Positions 1 through 10,802 are shown, numbered from the stretch's first letter. The stretch is 64,000 nt of DNA from Candidatus Aenigmatarchaeota archaeon (GCA_041489155.1 JBGPQP010000001.1:64001-128000); one strand, 5' to 3'. The notes: a model not told the origin generated them from the letters alone. A program made the numbers and translations.

Positions 1-874
1 TTATGATAACCTGATGGGCATAGCCGCTGCTTCTGCGGGCGAGCTTGTGGCCGCGACCGGAATAGGCGTGGACACTGCAAATAAGATAATAACTGCCGCG
101 CGGCAAAGGATGAAAATGGGGTTTGAGACAGCGAAGGACGTTATGAAGAAGCGAGAGAAGGTAGGGAGGATAACCACGTGTTCGAAGTCTCTTGACACGC
201 TTCTTGGTGGCGGCATCGAAACCCAGGCCATAACAGAAATGTACGGTGCTTTTGGTTCCGGTAAATCGCAACTTGCGCACCAGCTTTCCGTTTCGGTCCA
301 GCTTCCGAAGGAAAAGGGTGGTTTGGGGGGAAAGGCGATATTCATAGACACGGAGCAAACCTTCAGGCCGGAAAGGGTGAAGCAGATGGCAGATGGGCTT
401 GGTTTGGATCCGGAGAAAACCATGGAAAACATATTCGTCGCCAGAGCTTACAACTCTGACCACCAGGTCATTCTTTTGGACAGCGCAGAAGATATAATAA
501 AGAAGGAGGGCAGCATAAAACTGATAGTAATCGACTCCCTTACATCATCCTTCAGATCAGAATACGCTGGGAGAGGAACGCTCGCGGACCGCCAGCAAAA
601 GCTTAACAGGCACCTCCACCAGCTTCAAAAACTTGCAGACGTTTACAATCTGGCAGTTTACGTTACAAACCAAGTGATGTCTAGGCCGGACGTGCTTTTT
701 GGAGACCCGACTGCTCCAATTGGAGGCCACATCGTGGGTCATCAGGCAACGTATAGGGTATACCTGCGAAAGTCGAAAGAAGACAAGAGGATAGCGAAAT
801 TGATAGATTCCCCGAACCTCCCGGAAGGTGAGACCGTGTTCAGAGTGTTGCTCGAAGGAGTGAGAGATATTTAA
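1..874 (+). CDS. radA: DNA repair and recombination protein RadA (5' end lies outside the window)
   Basis: Walker [47 protein letters not shown]; frame is open to the window start. Confidence 0.96.
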   Translation, partial: YDNLMGIAAASAGELVAATGIGVDTANKIITAARQRMKMGFETAKDVMKKREKVGRITTCSKSLDTLLGGGIETQAITEMYGAFGSGKSQLAHQLSVSVQLPKEKGGLGGKAIFIDTEQTFRPERVKQMADGLGLDPEKTMENIFVARAYNSDHQVILLDSAEDIIKKEGSIKLIVIDSLTSSFRSEYAGRGTLADRQQKLNRHLHQLQKLADVYNLAVYVTNQVMSRPDVLFGDPTAPIGGHIVGHQATYRVYLRKSKEDKRIAKLIDSPNLPEGETVFRVLLEGVRDI

Positions 875-1173
875 AAAGTGAGACTTCGCAGCTTAAGGAA
901 CCTCAGAGCCTGCTCTTTTGTCATTTTCGGATTCTTCAGCCTCACGAATTTTATCTTGAGACCGACCTCATCGAAACCTTCAGGGATTGAAATTTCGACA
1001 TACGGAGCCATATAAATGTCCAATGTTCTTGAAACGGTCCATTTGTGAAGCCCTGTAAGCCTCGAGATTTTTGAAATTGTTAAAATCTCTCCCCCGGCTT
1101 CGGCCTCTTTTAGAAGATTGAAGACCTGCATAACGTTTTTTAAAGTTTTCTTATAGTAATCCTTCTTTGCCAT
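871..1173 (-). CDS. Small winged-helix/HTH DNA-binding protein
   Basis: [21 protein letters not shown] helix-turn-helix pattern. Confidence 0.6.
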   Translation of the reverse strand: MAKKDYYKKTLKNVMQVFNLLKEAEAGGEILTISKISRLTGLHKWTVSRTLDIYMAPYVEISIPEGFDEVGLKIKFVRLKNPKMTKEQALRFLKLRSLTF

Positions 1174-1240
1174 GATATATATTTGACGGGGTCAAAATTT
1201 ATATCTATTTTCTTCTAGAAAAGGAGGAAAATATAAAGAT

Positions 1241-1504
1241 TTACATTATGTCCTTTTCGGATACTATGACGAAGTCCCCCACGGATTTGACCGCAGAGAA
1301 TGGTACCAGCGTGCGTCCTTTGTCATCTTCCTGCAGGTTGAGTTCACCAGCATGCTTCGTTGGTTGAACTAGGACCAGATTGATGAGTTCTCCAGATTCA
1401 ACAATGTAATCAAGATCGCCTACCACTCCGAATTTCTTTCCGCTTTCCTCCGAAATGAGTATCTTACCTATAAGGTCCCTGCTTCTTACTCTTTCTTCTG
1501 ACAT
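1241..1504 (-). CDS. PRC-barrel domain protein (CdpB-like)
   Basis: LIGKILISEESGKKFGVVGDL...VPFSAVKSVGDFVIV; GGAGGG RBS upstream. Confidence 0.85.
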   Translation of the reverse strand: MSEERVRSRDLIGKILISEESGKKFGVVGDLDYIVESGELINLVLVQPTKHAGELNLQEDDKGRTLVPFSAVKSVGDFVIVSEKDIM

Positions 1505-1553
1505 AAAAACCCTCCCTCGATAATGATATTATTAAAGTGTGATATTTAAAAAT

Positions 1554-2645
1554 TTATGCATGAACCATAAGGGTTCTTATCTTTTCAGATAATACATACT
1601 GGTAGCTTTTGCCTCTTTTCTTTCTTATGATAGTTGCGTCTTTCACAAGCCTTTTAAGAATGTTGTTTATGGACCGTATCGCATTATCCTTGCTCTTGTA
1701 GTCGCCCATGTCCATTTTCTCAACGATTTCCGTCGGTGTCAGCTCTCCGTATTTCCATAATATTTCGATTATATTCCTTTGTTTTGACGGCAGAGATTTC
1801 AGGGAACCGAATGAGGTTCTTCGAGAATGGCTAATGTGTGTTTCGAATTCTGCATCTCTCATGAAGTTCATGTCAACAGTAGAGATGTTGTCCACAAGTG
1901 CCTTGTTCACCAAATCGTTGCACATCCTTATAACTTCACGCGGGAAGCCTCCTGTTTTTTCGTATATCATTTCTACTGTTTCCGAAGTGAACGGCTTTAT
2001 GTCTTCGCCACCAACGTGTTCTATCCTTCTTTTTATAAGCTCCCTGATTTCTGATTTTGTAAGATTTATGAGTTCAACCTTTGTGTTGGCCCTTCTCATG
2101 AATGTTTCAAGTCTGTCTCTCAGAATAGGTTCTAGTGTAGGCAGACCTGCAATTACAACAGATAGATTGTCTATCTGGTCGGTAAGAGTTCTAAGCCACT
2201 CTAGCGTTTCCGTGCTTGCCTCATGGCCTTCATCCACGAGAAGAACGGCTTTTTTATTCTTCATTTTTTCGTTCACCCATTCACTGAGATTGTAAATGTT
2301 TATGTTTTTGCTGCGTGAAAATAATCTTTCGAGTGTTCCTACGTGTATGAAGTTGGTGAAAATCTTCACCCAGTCGTCTGGATTGCTCGGTGGTTTCGAA
2401 AGGTAAAATATTTTTCTGTGTTTTTCGAACCTATTCGTCAAAAACTTCAAGAGCGTTGTTTTTCCTGATCCCGTTGGGCCTATTAATATTGACAATTTGT
2501 CATTGTTTTGTATACTGGTTGACAATTTTTCTGTCTCTCTGCTATATCCTACGATTAAATCCGGAAGTATCTTGAAACTGAAGGGGTTTTCTCTCCAGCT
2601 AAATACCTTCATATATTTTTCATCTAACTTCATTTCCAAATTCAT
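1554..2645 (-). CDS. ExeA/GspA-like AAA+ ATPase with C-terminal winged helix
   Basis: N-terminal ENPF, Walker A GPTGSGKT, Walker B LLVDEGH, TGGFPREV, C-terminal ELTPTEIVEKM wHTH. Confidence 0.75.
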   Translation of the reverse strand: MNLEMKLDEKYMKVFSWRENPFSFKILPDLIVGYSRETEKLSTSIQNNDKLSILIGPTGSGKTTLLKFLTNRFEKHRKIFYLSKPPSNPDDWVKIFTNFIHVGTLERLFSRSKNINIYNLSEWVNEKMKNKKAVLLVDEGHEASTETLEWLRTLTDQIDNLSVVIAGLPTLEPILRDRLETFMRRANTKVELINLTKSEIRELIKRRIEHVGGEDIKPFTSETVEMIYEKTGGFPREVIRMCNDLVNKALVDNISTVDMNFMRDAEFETHISHSRRTSFGSLKSLPSKQRNIIEILWKYGELTPTEIVEKMDMGDYKSKDNAIRSINNILKRLVKDATIIRKKRGKSYQYVLSEKIRTLMVHA

Positions 2646-2767
2646 AATTTCATATAATTAGGAAAGCTATTTAAATGCTTTTCGTGAAGTTGTGTGAACT
2701 TTGACTGAAAAAGGTCTATGTTTATACGTGATGAAAACAATTTATATAAGTTCTCCAAATTCATTTC

Positions 2768-3322
2768 ATGAGGTGCTTCATAGCTATAGACGTCGATGAA
2801 AAACTTTTTGATAAGATTACAGAACTGCAGAAAGGAATTAATAAACTGAATGTTGACGTGAAGCTTGTTGAACCTGAAAATCTTCATTTCACGGTTAAAT
2901 TTCTGGGGGACATGAATGAAGATGAAGTGAATGAAATTAAGAATTCGCTTGGCGAATGTCTTAAAAATGAACATGAATTTAAAATCAACATTACAGGCTT
3001 TAATTATTTTGGAAACCCGAGCTACATTAGAACTCTGTGGTTGGATGTGAAAGAAGGCCAAAATGAGCTTAAAAAACTGGTTCAAATGGTTAACGATTGT
3101 GTTAAAATAGGCAAACTTGAAGTTTTGCCTCATCTGACACTTGGAAGAGTGAAAAGTCCCATAAATAAAGATTATTTGATCAAGTTCATAAACGAGAATA
3201 AAAACGTGAAGATTGGTGAAATGAACGTGAACTACGTGAAATTAAAAGCGAGTACGCTTACGAAAAACGGTCCAGTATACAATAATTTGGCTGTTTTCAA
3301 CTTGGTGCCTTGTTATGAATGA
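2768..3322 (+). CDS. thpR: RNA 2',3'-cyclic phosphodiesterase (2H family)
   Basis: MRCFIAID start; two HxT motifs (LHFTVKFLG, PHLTLGR). Confidence 0.92.
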   Translation: MRCFIAIDVDEKLFDKITELQKGINKLNVDVKLVEPENLHFTVKFLGDMNEDEVNEIKNSLGECLKNEHEFKINITGFNYFGNPSYIRTLWLDVKEGQNELKKLVQMVNDCVKIGKLEVLPHLTLGRVKSPINKDYLIKFINENKNVKIGEMNVNYVKLKASTLTKNGPVYNNLAVFNLVPCYE

Positions 3323-3698
3323 GAAAAAACTAACGAAGATAAGTGCTGTTGGTGTGTGCATAAGCATAATAGCTCTGTATATTGTAACAAATCAAATCTT
3401 TTCAGTAAATGTGAATATTGGTGAAATTGACAAGTCATTCATCGGAAAGAGCGTTAATATAACAGGTACGGTGGTTGGCATAACAAAAAACAAGGGTAAT
3501 TTTTTCGTGGACCTTGAAGATGACACGGGCAAAATAAAATTGATATTGTGGGAGGATACTGCTGAATTGTTGCAATCAAACGGCATTGAAATCAACGAAC
3601 TGAACAAAGGTAACATTATTAACGTTGTGGGTGAGGTTCAGGTATACAGGGGCGAATTAGAAATTATACCTATAAGAGGAAATTTGAATTTTTTGTGA
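3315..3698 (+). CDS. Membrane-anchored OB-fold protein
   Basis: N-terminal TM helix; VNITGTV, LEDDTGKIKLILW, VQVYRGELEI OB-fold strands. Confidence 0.7.
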   Translation: MNEKKLTKISAVGVCISIIALYIVTNQIFSVNVNIGEIDKSFIGKSVNITGTVVGITKNKGNFFVDLEDDTGKIKLILWEDTAELLQSNGIEINELNKGNIINVVGEVQVYRGELEIIPIRGNLNFL

Positions 3699-3699
3699 A

Positions 3700-4737
3700 C
3701 TAGAAACGTTCATGCGCAGTTTTGATAAGTTCTGTCACGAGTTTAATTATATCCTTCACATCATTCATATCCGAAACTTCTGTTGGTGTGTGAAGATAAC
3801 GTGAAGGTGCCAATATCGCTAGTGAGGGTATACCTTCTCTTATCATCGGTGTCATTGAAGCGTCAGTTGCACCTCCTGAAACAATGTCGAATTGTATCTT
3901 CATGTTGTTCTTTTTTGCAGTATCAACTACCCATTGTTTAACCTCATTTTGTATAATACTTATTGCATCTTTTATCATAAGAACCGGTCCTTCTCCAAGT
4001 TTTGCAGTGGCCTCATATGGTTTGATTTCAGGTGTATCGCCGGCTGTTGTTACATCAAGGGATATCACTATGTCAGGGTTTGTTGCAAATACAGAGCCCC
4101 TTATGCCTATAAGCCCTATTTCTTCTTTCACTGTTCCAACTGCATAAACTGTCCCTTTGAATTTAGTTTTCTTTAAATTTTTCATGACTTCTATTAATTC
4201 CAAGCATCCTATGCGATCATCGAATCCATATCCCGTTATTCTAGAACCACAAAGTTTGTCGAACTCGCCATAATTTGTTATGAAATCTCCTGTCCTGATA
4301 CCCATTTTTTCAACTTCTTTTTTGTTCTTTGCCCCCACATCTATGAACATTTCTGCTAACTTCACGGGCTTGTTCACGTCTTCTTTGTCTTGGAGGTGAA
4401 TTGGTTTTGAACCAATAACTCCTATGACGGGTCCCTTGGAGCTATGTATCTTGAATTTTTGCGAAAGAAGGATTTTGGGATCCCATCCTCCTATGGTTTC
4501 AAATCTTATGAAACCCTCATCGTCTATATATTTCACCATTAAACCTACTTCATCCATGTGGGCACTGAGCATTATTTTAGGAGAACCAGATCCTTTTCTG
4601 CATATCAAGTTACCTATTTTGTCAACTTTAAGTTCTTCAACATATGGTTTCAGTTCTTTAATCAGCACATCTCTTACGTTTTTTTCATCGCCGGAAATTG
4701 AAGGAGAATCTACAAGTTTTTTCAATGTTTCTTCCAT
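3700..4737 (-). CDS. M42 family (TET) aminopeptidase
   Basis: SAHMDEVG, FDDRIG, KEEIG, GGATDA, YLHTP metal ligands. Confidence 0.93.
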   Translation of the reverse strand: MEETLKKLVDSPSISGDEKNVRDVLIKELKPYVEELKVDKIGNLICRKGSGSPKIMLSAHMDEVGLMVKYIDDEGFIRFETIGGWDPKILLSQKFKIHSSKGPVIGVIGSKPIHLQDKEDVNKPVKLAEMFIDVGAKNKKEVEKMGIRTGDFITNYGEFDKLCGSRITGYGFDDRIGCLELIEVMKNLKKTKFKGTVYAVGTVKEEIGLIGIRGSVFATNPDIVISLDVTTAGDTPEIKPYEATAKLGEGPVLMIKDAISIIQNEVKQWVVDTAKKNNMKIQFDIVSGGATDASMTPMIREGIPSLAILAPSRYLHTPTEVSDMNDVKDIIKLVTELIKTAHERF

Positions 4738-4797
4738 ACGGACACCACCTACCTACTATCGACTAGATATAAAATATTGGTTTTCCGGTCTATAAAT

Positions 4798-6084
4798 TCA
4801 TTCTATATCTTCTTTTGACAGGATGTTAACTGGAGATTTTAAGTTTTCCTTTTCCATTCCAACCAAGAACTTCACGGATTTCCTTCTGGCTATCATGTCA
4901 AGTTTGTAGTCAACCCTGCCGTCGAATATGACTGCGTACGGGTTGTCAAGCGTTTTCAGCGTATTCTGTAATTCTTTGGTTGGAACCTTACCCAGAATGT
5001 TGAAAAAAGAATCGAAAATGCATGCGGCTCTGGTTCCTATAAGTTCGTCAAGTGTTTTCTTGAATATCTTTTTCTGTTCATCGGTTATCGTTGTTCTCTT
5101 GGGAAGAGGTTGCTGCTGTTTAAAATCCTTATCTCTCTGGACGAATTCGTTCATTGGTCTTTCTGTCGATGGCGGCCTCTCAAAGGGTTTCTCAATTGGT
5201 CTTTCAATGGGCCTTTCTATGGGTCTTTCTCTTCTTTCATTGTTGTTCTGCCTATCGATCTTGCCTTCGAGTTTAAATTGTGATGCCGATATCTTGTCCC
5301 TCAATGCCTTGAAAACCTCTTTTTTGGTGAGCTCTTCTACCTCTTTGCCTTCTGGAGCAATGGCAACAAAATCAAGGTCTGTCGTTTCCATCAGGCTTTT
5401 CAAGTTCAAAAAGCCGCCCCTGTCACCATCAAAAAATGCAGTGGTTGTTTTTTGTTTTGAAAGGTTGATTATTGTTTGTGGTATCGAGCTGCCTTCTATG
5501 GCTATTACGTTCTTGATTCCGTATCTAATCATATTTATTACGTCTGCCCTTCCTTCAACTATTATTATTTCTTCCGACTCTAGAACACCTGGGCCGCAAG
5601 GCAAACCCTGATAGCTGGTTATTTCATAGGTCTTTATCTCCTGTCTTATCTCTTCCGCTATCTTGGTTGTGTCCGGTATGCCTTTCTCAAGAAGTTCTCT
5701 CAATATCGATTTTGCCTTTTCTATGACGAATTTTCTCTTTAATTCCCTAGTGTCCTCGACTGATTTCAGTATTATCTTTGCGATGCAGGGTCCGACCCTC
5801 TCTATAGTTTCCAAAGTAGCGGCTATTAGAGCAGTTTCTGCTGAGTCGAGAGAAGACGGAATTATGACCTCTCCGTGAGATTTACCTCTTTCGGAATTTA
5901 TGTTAACCTCGATTCTTCCAATTCTTCCAGTTCTTTGCAGTTCCCTGAGATCGAGATCAGAACCAAGCAGCCCTTCTGTTTGTCCGAATATTGCTCCTAT
6001 AACATCAGGTTTTTCTATTACTCCCTGAGCGTCTATTTCTGCCCTTACAACGTATTTTATCGACGTTGGCGCGAGTTTTGACAT
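4798..6084 (-). CDS. dnaG: Archaeal DnaG-type primase (exosome-associated)
   Basis: EKPDVIGAIFGQTEGLLG, VEGRADV, DGDRGG TOPRIM motifs; GGAGGAGG RBS at 6091-6098. Confidence 0.95.
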   Translation of the reverse strand: MSKLAPTSIKYVVRAEIDAQGVIEKPDVIGAIFGQTEGLLGSDLDLRELQRTGRIGRIEVNINSERGKSHGEVIIPSSLDSAETALIAATLETIERVGPCIAKIILKSVEDTRELKRKFVIEKAKSILRELLEKGIPDTTKIAEEIRQEIKTYEITSYQGLPCGPGVLESEEIIIVEGRADVINMIRYGIKNVIAIEGSSIPQTIINLSKQKTTTAFFDGDRGGFLNLKSLMETTDLDFVAIAPEGKEVEELTKKEVFKALRDKISASQFKLEGKIDRQNNNERRERPIERPIERPIEKPFERPPSTERPMNEFVQRDKDFKQQQPLPKRTTITDEQKKIFKKTLDELIGTRAACIFDSFFNILGKVPTKELQNTLKTLDNPYAVIFDGRVDYKLDMIARRKSVKFLVGMEKENLKSPVNILSKEDIE

Positions 6085-6463
6085 GAACATCCTCCTCCAA
6101 TGAAAGAGAATCCGGGCTATTCAGAGCTCCGAAATCCTCAATTTTATTTTTTCCCAAAGTCATTACCTTCCACCTTAATTCCGAATTTGGACTTTTTCCT
6201 TGCCTTTGAAGCAGGTATTTCAATTTTTTTGCAATCTCCCTGCCTTTTGTGTCGAAATCGGTCAGTATGACTACCTGTTTTTTCGCACTTAATGCGACCT
6301 CGGCCACCTCATAAAGCGGCCTGCCGTTGATCGCAATAATATCTTTCAGGCCGAGGGTTTTTAAAGCTTTTTTGTCCATTTTCCCCTCGACTATGATCAG
6401 TTTGTCCTCCAAGCCCCTTATAACCTCATCGAGTTGCTCTTCATCGATTTGTTTGTTTTTCAT
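6005..6463 (-). CDS. Small TOPRIM-domain protein
   Basis: IIVEGKMD and ILTDFDTKG motifs; overlaps the dnaG start. Confidence 0.85.
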   Translation of the reverse strand: MKNKQIDEEQLDEVIRGLEDKLIIVEGKMDKKALKTLGLKDIIAINGRPLYEVAEVALSAKKQVVILTDFDTKGREIAKKLKYLLQRQGKSPNSELRWKVMTLGKNKIEDFGALNSPDSLSLEEDVHVKTRANVDKIRCKGRNRRSGSNRKT

Positions 6464-7290
6464 ATCAATGCGTCCACTATGTCTCTTTTAGTTACAATGC
6501 CAATAAGCTCTTCTTCATCAGTGACTGGCAAGCCACCTATATGCATGCTTTTCATGAGGTTTATTACTGAAAACAAGTCAGCATTGAACTGGATTGTGAC
6601 CAGATCCTTGTTCATAATTTTTTCTATCTTCGTCTTATCCGTGACTAGAGTATTCAAACTCTTGTTTTTATATAAATGCTTCAGTATATCGATCGGTGTC
6701 ACAACACCAAGCAGTATGTTGTCTTCCACGACTGGCAGCCTCCTAAAACCACCCCTGCACATCATTTTTGCGACATCGTGTATATTGTTGTCTTTCCGTA
6801 TGAATATTGGCCTTTCCACCATTATTTCGCTTACCTCTATGCCCACTGGTCTGTTTATTAGTTTGACTAAATCCAATTCGGAGACCACCGATATTATCTT
6901 TTTGGAATCAACTATTGGATAAAGACCACTTCTTTCCATCTTGAAAATTTCAAGCGCTCTGCCTATACTGGTCATGTAATGTATGGTTCTAACGTGTGTT
7001 GTCATGAATTTTTCGACTTTAAGTTCTATGTTTTCCCTGTTTCTCTTGAAAATCTCGTGTTTTTCGCCGCCACCGAGCAATTCCAACAGATCAATTGTTG
7101 TAACCATGCCCTTCAGAGATTCCGAATGATCGACTACTGGTATTTTTCTTACCCCTTCCGAGAACATGAGCCTCAAAACATCCAAAAGTTTTGTTTTTTC
7201 ATCAGAAAACACCAATCTTCTTGATGATATCTCTGTTACTGTCTTTTTTGTGTCCACAAAGGCTCCGAGAACAACTTTTCTGTTAAGCAT
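6460..7290 (-). CDS. CBS-domain protein (four CBS repeats)
   Basis: RKIPVVD, RRLPVVE, GGLPVTD, GIVTKRDI; start moved to the ATG at 7290. Confidence 0.88.
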   Translation of the reverse strand: MLNRKVVLGAFVDTKKTVTEISSRRLVFSDEKTKLLDVLRLMFSEGVRKIPVVDHSESLKGMVTTIDLLELLGGGEKHEIFKRNRENIELKVEKFMTTHVRTIHYMTSIGRALEIFKMERSGLYPIVDSKKIISVVSELDLVKLINRPVGIEVSEIMVERPIFIRKDNNIHDVAKMMCRGGFRRLPVVEDNILLGVVTPIDILKHLYKNKSLNTLVTDKTKIEKIMNKDLVTIQFNADLFSVINLMKSMHIGGLPVTDEEELIGIVTKRDIVDALI

Positions 7291-7339
7291 AACAATCCAT
7301 GAACATTTTATTTTAATTGGAATGAAATAAAAAATTATC

Positions 7340-8440
7340 ATGCCGAATTTTAAAGGAGCGCTGAAAACAAAGCTACCAAAAAAATTAGAGGACAGGGTAT
7401 CTCTGCTGTTTATAATCATTACGCTGCTTTTGGCTTTTTTTCTTACGTTTTCCATTTCATTTATAGTAGGTAAACCGATTGGCACAGATTTCTGGTTTCA
7501 CCTTAAAATAGCAGAATCTTACGCGAGAGGCGAGAACGCGCTCTTCAATGAAGAATTCATGGCCCCCAACAGAGGTCCATATCCACCGCTTTTTCACCTG
7601 ATGCTGGCATTGTTTGTTACTTCGGGTTTTATTTTGCAGATAGCAACTTTTCTGCAGGTAATGTTTTATCCTTTGGCTTTGTTCACATCTGTTTTTCTGG
7701 TTTGGAAAAGGATTAATGCGTCTTCAGCGTCTTTTGTTTCTATTGCCCTCTTTTCATCGGTCGCCTTCTTTGACAGATCTATGCAAGTAATTCCTCAGGC
7801 CTTCGACATGATACTCTTTCCGCTTGCAATTTATTTTTTTCTCACAAAGAGACGGATATTCTTCCTGATTTCTATGTCGATAATGATATATTCACACGGT
7901 GCGTTTGGTTTTCTCCTATTTAGTTCTCTCGTCTTATACAATTTAAAATACAAAGTTTCAAAGAAAATGATAATAGATGTTCTTGTTGCAACTATTCCAA
8001 TACTGGTATTAATACTTGTTTTTCTTCCATCACAAATCGGTTTGATCAATGACATAAAAAATCCGCAGGAAAAACTTATCAAGGAAAATCCAATATCTTT
8101 ATTTGTTTATATGGGTATTTTTCCCACATCAACATTCATAGTTTCATTGATGCATTTTTTTCATAAAAAGAGGAAATTAAGTAAAACGGAAATAATGTCA
8201 CTTTTGTGGTTAATAGTATTACTGCCGGTGATAGTTTTTTACCCAGACAGATTTTGTACCTATGCAGTCGTTCCCGTGTCAATCTTGGCTTCAAAATTTT
8301 TGTCAGATATTTCTTTTGCTCATGGTAGATGGTTGGGTCTCTTATTACTCGTATTTTCATTTGCAATATCATTGATTACATATTTGAACTGGTGGCAGGT
8401 TTTATATGAAACTTCTTCTGTGAGTTTTGATATTCATTAA
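7340..8440 (+). CDS. Polytopic membrane protein, GT-C glycosyltransferase-like
   Basis: About 10 TM segments; first loop GTDFWFH...YPPLFH typical of GT-C-fold proteins. Confidence 0.55.
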   Translation: MPNFKGALKTKLPKKLEDRVSLLFIIITLLLAFFLTFSISFIVGKPIGTDFWFHLKIAESYARGENALFNEEFMAPNRGPYPPLFHLMLALFVTSGFILQIATFLQVMFYPLALFTSVFLVWKRINASSASFVSIALFSSVAFFDRSMQVIPQAFDMILFPLAIYFFLTKRRIFFLISMSIMIYSHGAFGFLLFSSLVLYNLKYKVSKKMIIDVLVATIPILVLILVFLPSQIGLINDIKNPQEKLIKENPISLFVYMGIFPTSTFIVSLMHFFHKKRKLSKTEIMSLLWLIVLLPVIVFYPDRFCTYAVVPVSILASKFLSDISFAHGRWLGLLLLVFSFAISLITYLNWWQVLYETSSVSFDIH

Positions 8441-8462
8441 TAAGAATGGATAAATTATAACT

Positions 8463-9842
8463 ATGAAAAATGTACTTGAAAAGGTTCTTAAAAAAATAGT
8501 GCCAAGCAAGAATGAGATAGAAGAATTTTCTAGAATACTGAAAGACGTTCTGCATGCCGCCGACATGGTTTTGAAGCCTCTGAAGCTTGAAAAAACAATC
8601 GCCGGTTCATTCATACGTGATACGTGGCTTGCTGACAAGCGTGAGCTGGATCTTTTCATAATGTTTCCTGTTTCATATTCGCGCGAAAGACTTGAGAAGG
8701 TTGGCATAAAGATTGGCAAAAAAATCATGAAAAAACTAAATGGCAGATACGAGATAGCCTATGCTGAACATCCGTATGTTAAGGGGTGGTTCAGAGGCTT
8801 CATGTTAGATATAGTTCCATGTTATAAAGTCGAATCAGCTTCAAAAATAAAATCTGCTGTCGATAGAACGCCTTTCCATAACAAATACATTATTGAAAAT
8901 CTGAAACCGAAAATGGCAAACGAGGTCCGTCTTCTTAAACAATTCTGCAAGGCGATGGGGGTTTATGGCTCTGACGTAAGAACCCAGGGATTTTCGGGTT
9001 ACCTATGCGAACTGCTGATAATAAAATACAAAACTTTCAAAAATTTGTTGATTGAAGCTAAAAAATGGGAATTCGGCATTTTTATAGATTTGGAGAACCA
9101 CTGCAAATTCGACTATCCTACCGAACAATTTAAAGGCCAGCCATTGATTGTTATAGACCCAACAGACCCAAAAAGAAATGTTGCTGCTGCCCTCTCAGAC
9201 GATAATTTCATGAAATTCATTGAAACCTCTGGGGAGTTTATTAAAAACCCATCTACAAAGTTTTTCGAAATAGACAAGACTGCACTTAAAGGAATTCTGT
9301 TAAAAAAATATTTGAAAAAAAGAGGTACGGAGTTTTTTGTGATAGAGTTCAAAAGACCGGAAATTGTTGATGATATATTATGGTCCCAGATGAGGAAAAC
9401 TTCAGTTAGAATGGCCAATCTTTTGGGAGAAAACGAATTCGAAATTTTCAAAAAAGAGGTATGGAGTGATGAAAAACGTTCTTATCTATTATTCGAGATG
9501 AAGGTGTGGAAACTGCCAGAAATAAGAAAGGTTATGGGGCCACCCGTCGGTTCGCAGAAACACGCAGATGAATTTAAAAAGAAATATGCAAGTAGTGCTT
9601 ACATAGAAGGAGATAGATGGGCAGCCGAAGTTAAGAGAAAAAACAGGGACTGCGCTTTACTTTTTAAAAAATTCCTAAAAAAACCTAGTAAAAAATTGCA
9701 GAACGAAGGGGTAAGATCTTATATTGCAAAGAGCATTTCTAACGGTTTTAAAATTCTTGGAAGCAAAAAAATTGAAGAGTTGATTGCAAAAAATAAAGAT
9801 TTTGCTGTTTTTCTCAAAAAATATTTTGAGAGGAAATTATGA
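8463..9842 (+). CDS. cca: CCA-adding enzyme (class I)
   Basis: GSFIRDTWL..ELDLF, YAEHPYV, SAVDRTPFH, GFSGYLCELL, DPTDPKRNVAAAL. Confidence 0.96.
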   Translation: MKNVLEKVLKKIVPSKNEIEEFSRILKDVLHAADMVLKPLKLEKTIAGSFIRDTWLADKRELDLFIMFPVSYSRERLEKVGIKIGKKIMKKLNGRYEIAYAEHPYVKGWFRGFMLDIVPCYKVESASKIKSAVDRTPFHNKYIIENLKPKMANEVRLLKQFCKAMGVYGSDVRTQGFSGYLCELLIIKYKTFKNLLIEAKKWEFGIFIDLENHCKFDYPTEQFKGQPLIVIDPTDPKRNVAAALSDDNFMKFIETSGEFIKNPSTKFFEIDKTALKGILLKKYLKKRGTEFFVIEFKRPEIVDDILWSQMRKTSVRMANLLGENEFEIFKKEVWSDEKRSYLLFEMKVWKLPEIRKVMGPPVGSQKHADEFKKKYASSAYIEGDRWAAEVKRKNRDCALLFKKFLKKPSKKLQNEGVRSYIAKSISNGFKILGSKKIEELIAKNKDFAVFLKKYFERKL

Positions 9843-10306
9843 ATATTCTGTTTCATTTTCTCTTGAATTATCTTTTCGTTGATTTGTTTTTTGGAAATGC
9901 CTGGAATTACTTAATTGCCATATTTGTCTTTTCCGTGCTGATTGATATCACCCATTTGCCATATCTTTTCAAGTTCGGAAAGAACGTCGTTAAAAAAAGA
10001 TTCGGCTCGGAGGCGAGAACGAGATTTCATGAAATATATGGCTTGACTCTGTTTTCAGCGATTGGCTGCCTGCTTTATTTCTTCTTTGATCAGATGATAG
10101 TGGAAATGGCCGTATTGTGCGTGATCCTGCATTTTGCAGTGGATTTCGTGGCAGGAAAATCCATGCCTTTTTACCCATACTCCAGAACCGAGATTTTTCT
10201 TGGCGTATCACCTTATGGGTACAGAAACAAGATAATTTTTGAAATTGTTTCTACTGTTTTGGTGGGGGTGTTATTCTGGTTCAATACAGCAAGCCTTCTT
10301 TTATGA
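9839..10306 (+). CDS. Membrane-bound metal-dependent hydrolase (YdjM-like)
   Basis: N-terminal H, IDITH, RFH, LHFAVD and FYP motifs with TM segments. Confidence 0.65.
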   Translation: MNILFHFLLNYLFVDLFFGNAWNYLIAIFVFSVLIDITHLPYLFKFGKNVVKKRFGSEARTRFHEIYGLTLFSAIGCLLYFFFDQMIVEMAVLCVILHFAVDFVAGKSMPFYPYSRTEIFLGVSPYGYRNKIIFEIVSTVLVGVLFWFNTASLLL

Positions 10307-10731
10307 AAAAAATGCGAAACTACACGGACAAAATTGGTTTGAAGCTACCATTGCCAGATGTGAATCCCAATATGCTTTCAGGGCTGTCCGTAATAACTTC
10401 TTTTATTTTTCTCTTGACAATAAAATTCTCGTTTATACTTTCTCTGGTGATTTTACTAACAACGCTTTTGCTCGACTGGTTTGACGGCATAGTTGCAAGA
10501 AAATTCGGCCATGCCTCCGAGGGGGGACATATAGTTGATGTTGCGAGCGACAGGTTCTCTGAGGGGCTGTTTTTTGTGGCTCCAGCTTTCTTTTTTCCAT
10601 GGTTCTACTTGTTCACCCTTAACTGTGCACTTTCGCTTCTCTCTATAAAGAGGAAAAGGCATGTGATACTCCCCCTGAGGCACGTTTTTTTCGTGTTTTG
10701 CGTGTTTATTCTGCTCTTTGGCGGTAGGTGA
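10303..10731 (+). CDS. CDP-alcohol phosphatidyltransferase family protein
   Basis: PN motif and DWFDGIVAR...GHIVDVASDR signature. Confidence 0.88.
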   Translation: MKKMRNYTDKIGLKLPLPDVNPNMLSGLSVITSFIFLLTIKFSFILSLVILLTTLLLDWFDGIVARKFGHASEGGHIVDVASDRFSEGLFFVAPAFFFPWFYLFTLNCALSLLSIKRKRHVILPLRHVFFVFCVFILLFGGR

Positions 10732-10802
10732 ATATTTAAATACCTTATCTGACAAGAATAAAGAATTACAGCCGTGTACTGCGTAAGCAGGAGGTTGCCA
10801 TA

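Noticed and set aside
2650..10750. AT-richer segment as a foreign island
   Set aside because: It encodes core genes (dnaG, cca, thpR), has no mobility markers, and I could not quantify the composition shift.
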